A DNA stretch of 32,000 nt, taken from contig NC_006138.1 of assembly GCF_000025945.1 (NCBI RefSeq), forward strand, positions 2,070,001 to 2,102,000. Direction: 5' to 3'. A program made the translations under genes and the position numbers. Under the pieces are notes generated by a model, which saw nothing but the letters and a program-made list of their open reading frames with translations, did not search any database and was not told the origin of the DNA. This DNA is from Desulfotalea psychrophila LSv54. Lineage in GTDB: Bacteria; Desulfobacterota; Desulfobulbia; Desulfobulbales; Desulfocapsaceae. Shown one piece after another: positions 1 to 7,601 of this stretch. Position 1 is the first letter of the stretch; the number at the start of each line of letters is the position of its first letter.

Positions 1-213
1 CCGGTTTTTGACAAGCTAACTGAATCAGAACAGATAACTATTGATTTAGACGGTTGTTTTGGATACGCAACCAGTTTTTTAGAAGAAGTTTTTGGAGGGT
101 TATCAAGAGAATACGGAGCAAAAAAAGTTTTGGAAAAATTAAAATTTAAATCTGATGAAGAACCTCTTTTAATAACAGAAATTCAGGAGTATATAAAAGA
201 TGCTTCGAAATAA
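1..213 (+). CDS. DUF4325/STAS-like domain protein, C-terminal part (5' truncated by window)
   Basis: Frame 1 is open from base 1 to TAA 211-213: ...LTESEQITIDLDGCFGYATSFLEEVFGGLSREYGAKKVLEKLKFKSDEEPLLITEIQEYIKDASK; the motif style matches the DUF4325 STAS-like family. Not in the supplied ORF track. Confidence 0.7.
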   Translation, partial: PVFDKLTESEQITIDLDGCFGYATSFLEEVFGGLSREYGAKKVLEKLKFKSDEEPLLITEIQEYIKDASK

Positions 214-508
214 AGTAGGGATTTTTCTTGTTTTTTTAATTTTAGTAATCACCATTGATTTGTTAACAATCAATTTTCTGAAATGGGACTTTCTAAGTGT
301 TAATTTTTTTAATTGTCGATTAATTGAAATTTTAAGGCTACTTGTAATGATATTTTTAAGTTGTTACGTTGCTTATTGGGTTTCAATTAAAAGTAATGCA
401 ATTCAAAAAAAGAAGGATCTTTGTTTGGTTTTGATAAATGAGGGTAACTTGATTCTATCAGAACAAAAAGAGTTAACACTTTTCGTTTACACAGCAAACA
501 AGCAATAA
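200..508 (+). CDS. Small membrane protein of unknown function, overlaps the end of the DUF4325 gene
   Basis: 102 aa ORF with two hydrophobic N-terminal segments; overlaps upstream stop by 14 nt, AT-rich context. Confidence 0.5.
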   Translation: MLRNKVGIFLVFLILVITIDLLTINFLKWDFLSVNFFNCRLIEILRLLVMIFLSCYVAYWVSIKSNAIQKKKDLCLVLINEGNLILSEQKELTLFVYTANKQ

Positions 509-545
509 AGATGATGGCAAGTTAGTTTTAAGTGGCTTTAGGCGA

Positions 546-761
546 ATGAACAATAAATTAGATGCTATAAATATATTGTGCAGCAAAATTGATTCCAAGC
601 TATCTGCTAGTACATTAATTACAAATTTTAAAATAATAAAAGAGCAGTTTGGGGATAGTTATATGGCAGGTTTTGCACTTGAAGATTCAAAAAAAATAGA
701 AAAAAATTTTGATAAATTTGAAAAACTGTTTGATGACTTAAGGATTCAATTGTTAATTTAA
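546..761 (+). CDS. Hypothetical 71 aa protein, possibly the C-terminal half of a frameshifted gene beginning at 200
   Basis: ORF; its frame is open upstream to 477 and encodes ...NKDDGKLVLSGFRRMNNKLDA, which looks like real protein sequence. Confidence 0.35.
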   Translation: MNNKLDAINILCSKIDSKLSASTLITNFKIIKEQFGDSYMAGFALEDSKKIEKNFDKFEKLFDDLRIQLLI

Positions 762-892
762 GTATTCTCAGCTAACAAAACGTTGCACCGGATTCGCTGA
801 AGCCTGTCGGTGAACTACCCGTCATACCTATTATTGATTACTATGATTGATCGAGTTGTCAGCTAGGCAGTGGGTATTTTCTTTCATCAGCA

Positions 893-926
893 AGAGAAGA
901 TGCAGTAAGATCTTTGCATCTCCTCT
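893..926 (-). terminator. Stem-loop downstream of the last gene of the minus-strand operon
   Basis: AGAGAAGATGCA-N10-TGCATCTCCTCT; read on the minus strand it is a 12-bp stem with one G-U pair. No clear U-tract, so terminator function is uncertain. Confidence 0.35.
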
Positions 927-941
927 ATTCTGGTTATTAGG

Positions 942-980
942 CTAGCATCTAGCATCTAGCATCTAGCATCTAGCATCTAG
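942..980. repeat. 7-bp tandem repeat (CTAGCAT)x5 + CTAG overlapping the acyl carrier protein stop codon
   Basis: Direct reading: ctagcatctagcatctagcatctagcatctagcatctag; the ACP stop TAG (minus strand) is 979-977. Confidence 0.95.
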
Positions 981-1243
981 CCGATTTCCTGCGAAATAAA
1001 GTCGGCCAAACTAGCAATGGATTCGAGGACCCTACGGCTGGTGTCTTCGCCGCCGATGCGGATATCGTACTGCTTCTGGACCAGGAAGACTATCTCGACG
1101 GCGTCGAGGGAGTCGAGGCCGAGGGGTGAGTCCGGGCCGATGAGTTGGGCATCACTGGGGAAATCGTCGGGGGCATCCATCACCTTGCAGGCATCAATAA
1201 TTAGTAGCTTCAGATTCCTTTCTAACTCTGCTCTCTTCTCCAT
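977..1243 (-). CDS. Acyl carrier protein (ACP-1)
   Basis: 88 aa with phosphopantetheine motif LGLDSLDAVEIVF. Confidence 0.93.
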   Translation of the reverse strand: MEKRAELERNLKLLIIDACKVMDAPDDFPSDAQLIGPDSPLGLDSLDAVEIVFLVQKQYDIRIGGEDTSRRVLESIASLADFISQEIG

Positions 1244-1508
1244 ATCTTTCCTTAAAAACGGCCCCTCTCAGAGGTGGCACAATATAAATTTATTATAAAA
1301 TAGCCTACCTGTAGGCTTGAAAACCATTGTCTAAAGGGTGTCTTTGAAAAATGAGACTTTTCGATAAATATCAGCTAAGCCCCGACTGCGAGGCATTTGG
1401 AAAATATTACCACAGGCATCGTTGATATCGGAGTCTACGCTTACCTCCGAGGATAAAATTTTTCATACAACGCAGAGATTTGAAGAAGAGACCATTTTTC
1501 GAGGCTCC

Positions 1509-2813
1509 CTAGAGGGTACCCTTGCCATATCTCCAAGAAAAAACCAAGCGGGAAAGGACAAGGCAGACCAGAAAAAAGCCCAGCAAAAGACCAATATTGC
1601 TCAGGATCGAGTGGATATCACCGCCCCGGACAAAGAGTTCGACAAAGCCCTCTAATCCCCAGGCCAGGGGGGAAAAGCCACTCAGTGTTTTCATAAATGC
1701 AGGCATAACATAGGTGGGAACCATGATTCCACCTATGGCGGCGGCAATGACCACTGAGACGGCACCGAGCATGGAGGCCTGATCGTAGCTACGGGCAAAG
1801 GCACCGAGGAGGAGACCATAGCCGGTGGCCGCCAGGGCCGCACAGAGGGCGAGGAGGAAGACCGCCCCCGGATGATCTCCGAGAAGGAGGGCGGGGGTGC
1901 CAAAGAGGGGCAGAATCCATTTACCCACCGCCAACATCAGAGAGAACTGGATGAGGCAGACCAGCACATAGGCCGCCGTCTTTCCTGCGACGATGACCTC
2001 GTAGGCCACCGGATGGGCAAAGAGACGGAGGAGGGTTCCCTCCTGCCGTTCCCGTAGGAGGGCGGCTGAAAGCGGTACCACAATAAAGAACATACCAAAG
2101 AGGGACCAGGCAGGGACGTTTTGCTGGATGGCATCTGGCGTTTTTATCTCCGGGCCGGTTGTGGCCAGCTCTTTAATGCTGAGAAGTGACTGATTGGCAA
2201 AGAGATTGCTCTCCTCTTCGGTGGGTCTGCCTCTGCTGAATCGTTGTTGCAGGCTGCGCGACAGGCGCTGGCCCTTCATCTCCATCTCCAGCCCCAGAAG
2301 CGCATAGCGAAGTGAGCTCAGGACCGTTGAGCGAAAGGCGCCTTGAACGGTGGGGTCAAAGAAGAGCTCCACCTGACTGTCGACCGTGGCTAACTGCTGC
2401 TTGGTCCCCGGACTGAGAACTTGGGCGCTGAAACGAGCCAACCCCTCTGCCATCGTCTCGCTGCTACCGGCGGGGATGAGGATACCAAACTGGTAGTTAC
2501 CGGCTGCCACCTCTTCTCTTGCCTGCTCTGCCCTGATTGCCTTATCCGCTATGGTTTCTATCAGGGTAATTCCACCCGAGTCGTTGAGACGGTTGCGTAG
2601 CTGCTTGCCCACCTCGGCGCCGTCCTCATCGACAAAGAGGACCTGCAGGGCGGACTGGCCCGTGGCCTGGAGGACATTATTTTGCACCAGGGAGACAATG
2701 AGGACCAGGGCCATGGGCATGACAAAGAGGATGAGCATTCCCGCCCGGTCCCGCCACAGGACCAGAATGTCTTTTATGAAGGTTGCCATAAATTGCTGCA
2801 TAATTCTCATCAT
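1509..2813 (-). CDS. ABC-2 type transporter permease
   Basis: 434 aa; N-terminal TM, large extracytoplasmic loop, C-terminal TM cluster (FFIVVPLSAALLRERQEGTLLRLFAHP; GGIMVPTYVMPAFMKTLSGFSPLAWGLEGF). Confidence 0.9.
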   Translation of the reverse strand: MMRIMQQFMATFIKDILVLWRDRAGMLILFVMPMALVLIVSLVQNNVLQATGQSALQVLFVDEDGAEVGKQLRNRLNDSGGITLIETIADKAIRAEQAREEVAAGNYQFGILIPAGSSETMAEGLARFSAQVLSPGTKQQLATVDSQVELFFDPTVQGAFRSTVLSSLRYALLGLEMEMKGQRLSRSLQQRFSRGRPTEEESNLFANQSLLSIKELATTGPEIKTPDAIQQNVPAWSLFGMFFIVVPLSAALLRERQEGTLLRLFAHPVAYEVIVAGKTAAYVLVCLIQFSLMLAVGKWILPLFGTPALLLGDHPGAVFLLALCAALAATGYGLLLGAFARSYDQASMLGAVSVVIAAAIGGIMVPTYVMPAFMKTLSGFSPLAWGLEGFVELFVRGGDIHSILSNIGLLLGFFLVCLVLSRLVFSWRYGKGTL

Positions 2814-2825
2814 ACTGTTCTCCCC

Positions 2826-3596
2826 CTAATCACGGAGCTGTCGCCCGGTGAGCTGTAGAAACAGCTCTTCAAGATTTTTACAGCCTGTCCTGGCGGCCAC
2901 TAGCGTGGACGGTGCCCCCTCGGCCAAGACATGGCCAGCGTCAATGATGACAATGCGGGAGCAGAGTTGCTGGGCCTCCTCCATATAGTGGGTGGTATAG
3001 AGCATGCTCATCCCCTCCTCATTGAGGCGCTGTAAATTTTCTAAAATCATATTGCGCGACTGGGCATCGATACCAACGGTGGGTTCATCGAGGAAGAGCA
3101 GTTGCGGTTGGTGGACAATACCCACGGCCAGGTTCGCCCGTCGTTTCATCCCCCCGGAGTAGGTAGCAATGGGCCGATCAGCGCTTTCACCCAGACCGAC
3201 CAGTTGCAGGCACTCCTCACATCGTGCCCGTAACCTCTTGCCTGTAAGACCATGCAGTCTGCCGAAGTAGTGGATGTTTTCCCGTGCGGTCAGACTGGGG
3301 TAGAGGGCGATATCCTGGGGAACCAGGCCTATTTTTCTTCGGGCCTGCATGGGTCGGGTCAGCATATCCTCACCGTCAAGGAGGAGGCTGCCCGATGAGG
3401 GACGGAGAAGGGTGGTCATTACCGAGATAGCCGTGGTCTTGCCAGCCCCGTTGGGGCCGAGGAGACCAAATATCTCTCCCCTGCCAATCTCAAGGGAGAG
3501 ACCATTCAGGGCCGGAGCGGAGGCCGTGGGATACTGGACTACCAGTTCCCGGGCCAGAAGGAGGGGCGGAGTTTTAGAAACCATTAGGCGATACAC
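2826..3596 (-). CDS. ABC transporter ATP-binding protein
   Basis: Walker A GPNGAGKTT, signature YSGGMKRR, Walker B LLFLDEPTVGID. Confidence 0.95.
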   Translation of the reverse strand: MYRLMVSKTPPLLLARELVVQYPTASAPALNGLSLEIGRGEIFGLLGPNGAGKTTAISVMTTLLRPSSGSLLLDGEDMLTRPMQARRKIGLVPQDIALYPSLTARENIHYFGRLHGLTGKRLRARCEECLQLVGLGESADRPIATYSGGMKRRANLAVGIVHQPQLLFLDEPTVGIDAQSRNMILENLQRLNEEGMSMLYTTHYMEEAQQLCSRIVIIDAGHVLAEGAPSTLVAARTGCKNLEELFLQLTGRQLRD

Positions 3597-4585
3597 TCCA
3601 GAACTTGACGAAAGAGCCGATCTTCACGATCGGCGCAGACATGCAGTTGTGCGGCCAGGGCCGGATAGGTGGAACTTGCCCCCTCTCGGCCCTTGCAGTT
3701 GCGGGCACTGAGCAGGGCAAAATAACGCCATAGATCTCCAATCTCGGTCATCTCAGCCGACAGTTCTGCCAACTGTGGCCGCTTGAGGATATCCGCCGCT
3801 TCCTGAAGGAAGGCGGCATAGATAAAGCGGAAACCGCCGCCACCGGTGCCGATCTCCTCCTGCATGCGGATAAGATGGCCAAGATGTTGTCGTGCCCCTT
3901 CGGTACCCAGTTTTTCCGGCCATCTTTCCAGTCGATTTGCCAGGAGGTGAATTCCCCGCGTACCCATAAAGGGGAGGGGGGTGCCTACCATCCGTTTTGC
4001 CACCTCTTTGATGCCCAAGAGGACAGCTGCGGGTAGGTCAACCTCTTCTGGCTTTCTCTGCAGATAGGACATACGTCCACGGGGAGCAAGGGCCCCCTTG
4101 GCAAAACGGGCCCTCTGCAGATCGTTACGATGACAGCGTACCGGTTTATCAAAGACAGGGTCGCTGATCAGATACTCTTCCCCGTCGCGACCATAGACCA
4201 CCAGATTATGGGCGTTAAAGTGAAAACGAAAGGCCGGCGGGAAATAGGGGAGCCAGTAGACCCCTGTCTGCAGTACCACCGGATGGCCCTGCTCCAGGGC
4301 CGCGTCCAGGGCTTGCATACCTGCCTCTTCTCGACGAAAACGCTGGACACGGACGGGTACCCCGAGGCGTCCCGCCGTCTTTTTGAAAATTGCTCCGGGC
4401 GAGGTGCGAAAGGTGATGAGGGGTAGTTTATTTATCCGGACAAAGGGAAAGTAGCCAAAGAAGAGGCCGCCGCCAATACCGAAGGCCAGGGCCTCGGACA
4501 TCTCATAGCCTGAATGGGAGAGGACATTGGCGGTGACCCCGCTTTCGCAGTGGGCCGACTGCCGATGGCTAAATTCTATATTCAC
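3584..4585 (-). CDS. BtrH N-terminal domain/DUF4872-like protein (putative ACP-dependent acyltransferase, papain-like fold)
   Basis: 333 aa with candidate Cys (AHCESGV), His (FNAHNLVVYG) and Asp (ISDPVFD) motifs of the BtrH-like family. Confidence 0.75.
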   Translation of the reverse strand: MNIEFSHRQSAHCESGVTANVLSHSGYEMSEALAFGIGGGLFFGYFPFVRINKLPLITFRTSPGAIFKKTAGRLGVPVRVQRFRREEAGMQALDAALEQGHPVVLQTGVYWLPYFPPAFRFHFNAHNLVVYGRDGEEYLISDPVFDKPVRCHRNDLQRARFAKGALAPRGRMSYLQRKPEEVDLPAAVLLGIKEVAKRMVGTPLPFMGTRGIHLLANRLERWPEKLGTEGARQHLGHLIRMQEEIGTGGGGFRFIYAAFLQEAADILKRPQLAELSAEMTEIGDLWRYFALLSARNCKGREGASSTYPALAAQLHVCADREDRLFRQVLECIA

Positions 4586-5022
4586 TTAACTTCCTCTTGG
4601 CGGGTGCTCTGTTGGGACATCTCTGCCAGCTTAGGTACAAGGTCCAGTTGCTCTATGTTCATCTTAAAAATTGTGGCATAGCGGTTCAGTATTTTGGTGG
4701 ATAACTTCTTATAATGTTTTGCCTGAAGATGTCTTCTCACCCGCCAACGGGCCATCTTTACATAGGAGGCAAGGAGGGCGACATCCATCTGGTTCCTGGC
4801 CATATGATAGACAAGCGGACTGGCACCTTCGGACTCTATCCTGGAGAGGGCTACCATGACATCTGCGGCAATGACCTTCCATGCCTGATCGTTGGCCAGA
4901 TTTGCCGCATCCCAACCTGCACTGGGCACTAGAGCATAGCTGCCGTCTTCCTCCACAGCGTAGGAGACGGCATGCCACTCCTGCAGAATTCCGACATCCT
5001 GTGGAACATCATCTTTTTTCAA
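4582..5022 (-). CDS. Conserved-context hypothetical protein with possible XRE-like HTH C-terminal segment
   Basis: 146 aa, ATGA overlap with the BtrH-like gene; segment MDVALLASYVKMARWRVRRHLQAKHYKKLSTKILNRYATIFKMNIEQL resembles a helix-turn-helix. Confidence 0.6.
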   Translation of the reverse strand: MKKDDVPQDVGILQEWHAVSYAVEEDGSYALVPSAGWDAANLANDQAWKVIAADVMVALSRIESEGASPLVYHMARNQMDVALLASYVKMARWRVRRHLQAKHYKKLSTKILNRYATIFKMNIEQLDLVPKLAEMSQQSTRQEEVK

Positions 5023-5029
5023 AATAACC

Positions 5030-6130
5030 TCATTGCTTTTCAGGACGGTTAGATGCGTTCTTCAGGAGGAGGGCGGCATTGATTCCGCCAAAACCGGAGT
5101 TGCAGGTGATGATGGAGGGGTGCCCGAGGGCAAGGGCCTCACTGCCTGAAAGCTGGCAGTCTGTTTCTGCCGGGACTTCAAGGCCCACCGTGGGGGGAAG
5201 GATCATATCCCTGAGGCTGTAGAGCGAGAGCACCGTTTCAACTATTCCCGAAGCGGCAAGGCTATGGCCCAGAGCGCCCTTTACGGAACAGACCGGCATT
5301 CCCGGGGCAAAGACCTTACTAAAGGCCAGGAGTTCCATGGCATCGTTATAGACCGTTGCCGTACCATGGGCATTGATGCCGCCAATGTCTCCGGCCTCCG
5401 CCTTTATCTGTTCCAAGGCGGCTATCAGTCCTGTTGCATATCTGCTGGGCGCAGTTATATGATTGGCATCGCAGCTGATGGACCAGGGACCGAGGGTGGC
5501 AAGCACCGATGAGGGTTCGGCTACTTCTGCCGCCGAGAGGAGGATCCAACCGGCCCCATCGCCTAAGGAGAGGCCATCACGATCTTTGGCAAAGGGCCTT
5601 GCCGCCGTTGCCGATAGGGCCTTGAGGCTGGAAAAACCGGAAAGGACAAACTGGGAGAGGAGGTCAAAGCCGATAATGAGGGCATGGTCGCACTCTCCTG
5701 CCTTAATGCGCATGGCTCCCTGAATGACGGCAATTAGGCCGGAAACGCAGGCTGCACTGACCGTGGTGCCTGCCTTTATTCCAAGTCTTTGGGCTAACTC
5801 CTCTGCCACCTGCCAGGGTTGGCCCTCTTCACGACCACTGCGGAGCAGGAACTCGTCCGTTGCCGCCTTGGTGGTGGCGCAAAAGAGTTGGGTGGCCGGT
5901 GAGAGCTGCGGGAGGCTGGCCAGAAGCCGCTTAAACATATCATTCTGGCGCTGAAGACTGCCCGGTTCTCCTGCCAAATCAGGAATAAAACCTAGAGGCC
6001 ATTCACCTTCCAGGCTCCCAAATTTTTGCAGGGAAATTCCCGTTTTGCCGGCAAGAAGGGCCTGCCAGGTTGATTGCCCATCGCCCAGGGGGGTGAGAAT
6101 ATCTCCGCCAACAACTACAACATCTCTCAT
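5030..6130 (-). CDS. Beta-ketoacyl-ACP synthase (KS-1)
   Basis: Cys-His-His: SAACVSG, INAHGTAT, KGALGHSLAA. Confidence 0.92.
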   Translation of the reverse strand: MRDVVVVGGDILTPLGDGQSTWQALLAGKTGISLQKFGSLEGEWPLGFIPDLAGEPGSLQRQNDMFKRLLASLPQLSPATQLFCATTKAATDEFLLRSGREEGQPWQVAEELAQRLGIKAGTTVSAACVSGLIAVIQGAMRIKAGECDHALIIGFDLLSQFVLSGFSSLKALSATAARPFAKDRDGLSLGDGAGWILLSAAEVAEPSSVLATLGPWSISCDANHITAPSRYATGLIAALEQIKAEAGDIGGINAHGTATVYNDAMELLAFSKVFAPGMPVCSVKGALGHSLAASGIVETVLSLYSLRDMILPPTVGLEVPAETDCQLSGSEALALGHPSIITCNSGFGGINAALLLKNASNRPEKQ

Positions 6131-6600
6131 GATTTACTCCATTTTCCTGTCTGCCATTGATGACGAAACTCTTCAAGCCAGACTGGTGTGATAAAGAGGG
6201 CCATGCCAGCCAGATCAGTGAGGAGCTGTACCGTATAGCCGCTGGCTGCTATTTCTCCTGCCCCGTTTCGGATCAGATAGGAGATGTTGAGACGGGCAGA
6301 CTCCACCCAGTGCAGGGAGGTCTCAATGCTGATCTGCTCATTAAAGTGGAGGGGCCTCTTATAATCCAGATGCATCTGGACAATGGGGGCGGCAATATCA
6401 TGCTGGTGAAAGAGCTCATAGCTCAGACCGCACATATCTCCCAGGGCCATTCTTCCATCCTCTAAGTAACTGGAATATCGTCCATGCCAGACGATGCCCA
6501 GGGAGTCAACCTCTTCAAAACGGATCCGTGTCCGGGCAATGCCCGTAAGAGGTGCAGGTGCCGAATCATCCTCGGGAAAATATTTTTTTATAAAGCCCAT
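6127..6600 (-). CDS. Acyl-CoA/ACP thioesterase, 4-hydroxybenzoyl-CoA thioesterase (hot-dog) family
   Basis: RIRFEEVDSLGIVWHGRYSSYLEDGR motif. Track ORF extends to 6702; start MGFIKKYF at 6600 is more likely. Confidence 0.85.
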   Translation of the reverse strand: MGFIKKYFPEDDSAPAPLTGIARTRIRFEEVDSLGIVWHGRYSSYLEDGRMALGDMCGLSYELFHQHDIAAPIVQMHLDYKRPLHFNEQISIETSLHWVESARLNISYLIRNGAGEIAASGYTVQLLTDLAGMALFITPVWLEEFRHQWQTGKWSKS

Positions 6601-6673
6601 ATTATGCCTATGTCTTAAAATGATAGTACAGATCTTACTGAGTAAAGGGTGGCTTGAAAAATTAGACTTTTCT

Positions 6674-7084
6674 TCAACTTTTGCTGAAATCGCAGCTACC
6701 ATTGCTGACAGACTTACCCTCTTTTTTTACGGTAAACTCGCCATGGTAGAGTTCCTCCTCCGGGGTGAGCCTTACCTCTATCTCTACCTCCTCCCCCGGC
6801 AGTATCGCCCCGGAAAATTTAATTCTTCCATATGCCCGTAGCTGTAGGGCAAAACCGAGGGCCTGCTCTGAGATATGCCGTACTGTGGTAAGCTGGACAA
6901 CGGCGGGCAGGACTGAGTGATCGGGGAAATGGCCGGCAAAGGCGGAAAACGTCTCTGGAAAAACAAAGCTGGCCCTGGCCTGAACAGCTCCCTCCTTCAA
7001 CTCTTTAAGTGCAGAGCTGAGGCAGCAATCTTTAAGAGAGGCATATATGGGAGTATAGGTTTTTTCACTGGGAGTCATTGGCAA
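6674..7084 (-). CDS. FabZ/FabA-like 3-hydroxyacyl-ACP dehydratase (ApeI-like)
   Basis: Hot-dog motif FAGHFPDHSVLPAVVQL. Confidence 0.8.
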   Translation of the reverse strand: MPMTPSEKTYTPIYASLKDCCLSSALKELKEGAVQARASFVFPETFSAFAGHFPDHSVLPAVVQLTTVRHISEQALGFALQLRAYGRIKFSGAILPGEEVEIEVRLTPEEELYHGEFTVKKEGKSVSNGSCDFSKS

Positions 7085-7601
7085 TCCTTACAAGTTTGAT
7101 TTGTAGCCCTGTTTGGGAGTAGATCGCCCCCGCAAACAGAGAGTCATCGCTCTGTTGTACGGACCACAGGGAGAGGGGGCCAAGGTAGCAGGCCCGCCGT
7201 CTGCCCATCTCTGTCTCTCGGTAAAATGAGAAGATATCTGCCTGGCAGTCGCTGGCCGCGGCGTGGGCAAAAAAGATCCTATAGAGTGATGTTGCCAGCA
7301 GGGTCGGTAGGTGCGAATCTTTTAGCGGCCCCTGCCGAGACTCCATATTTTGTTGGCCCTGTTCGTCAATCTCGGCTGAAAGCAGGGTAACCCCGGTGCT
7401 ATCAAGGAGGGCATAGCTCAGGGGCGTACCGGTTGATTGGAGAACAAGGATGCCGGAAAAGCGTACCTCATCTCCACGGTAGATACGTATACTGTAGAGA
7501 AGAGGGGACTCGGCCCCTTCCTCAAGGTCCATGGGGGGGATCGAACTAGCGCAGCCACTCAGCCCCAGCAGGACCAGAAATAAAATTATTTTTTTAGTCA
7601 T
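7065..7601 (-). CDS. Putative outer-membrane lipoprotein (DUF3261-like)
   Basis: Signal peptide plus lipobox FLVLLGLSGCASS; positioned as in aryl-polyene-type clusters. Confidence 0.7.
   Translation of the reverse strand: MTKKIILFLVLLGLSGCASSIPPMDLEEGAESPLLYSIRIYRGDEVRFSGILVLQSTGTPLSYALLDSTGVTLLSAEIDEQGQQNMESRQGPLKDSHLPTLLATSLYRIFFAHAAASDCQADIFSFYRETEMGRRRACYLGPLSLWSVQQSDDSLFAGAIYSQTGLQIKLVRIANDSQ

Noticed and set aside
942-980. CRISPR-like array
   Set aside because: Units are 7 bp with no spacers; simple tandem repeat.
1422-1713. Plus-strand ORFs at 1422-1655 and 1522-1713
   Set aside because: Mostly antisense to the ABC permease 3' end; lysine/serine-rich with no recognisable family.
3349-3711. 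Antisense ORFs within the operon (also 10752-11315, 15713-16510, 16402-17175, 8864-9235 and others)
   Set aside because: Opposite-strand reading frames of well supported genes; Arg/Ser/Pro-rich low-complexity translations without domain motifs.
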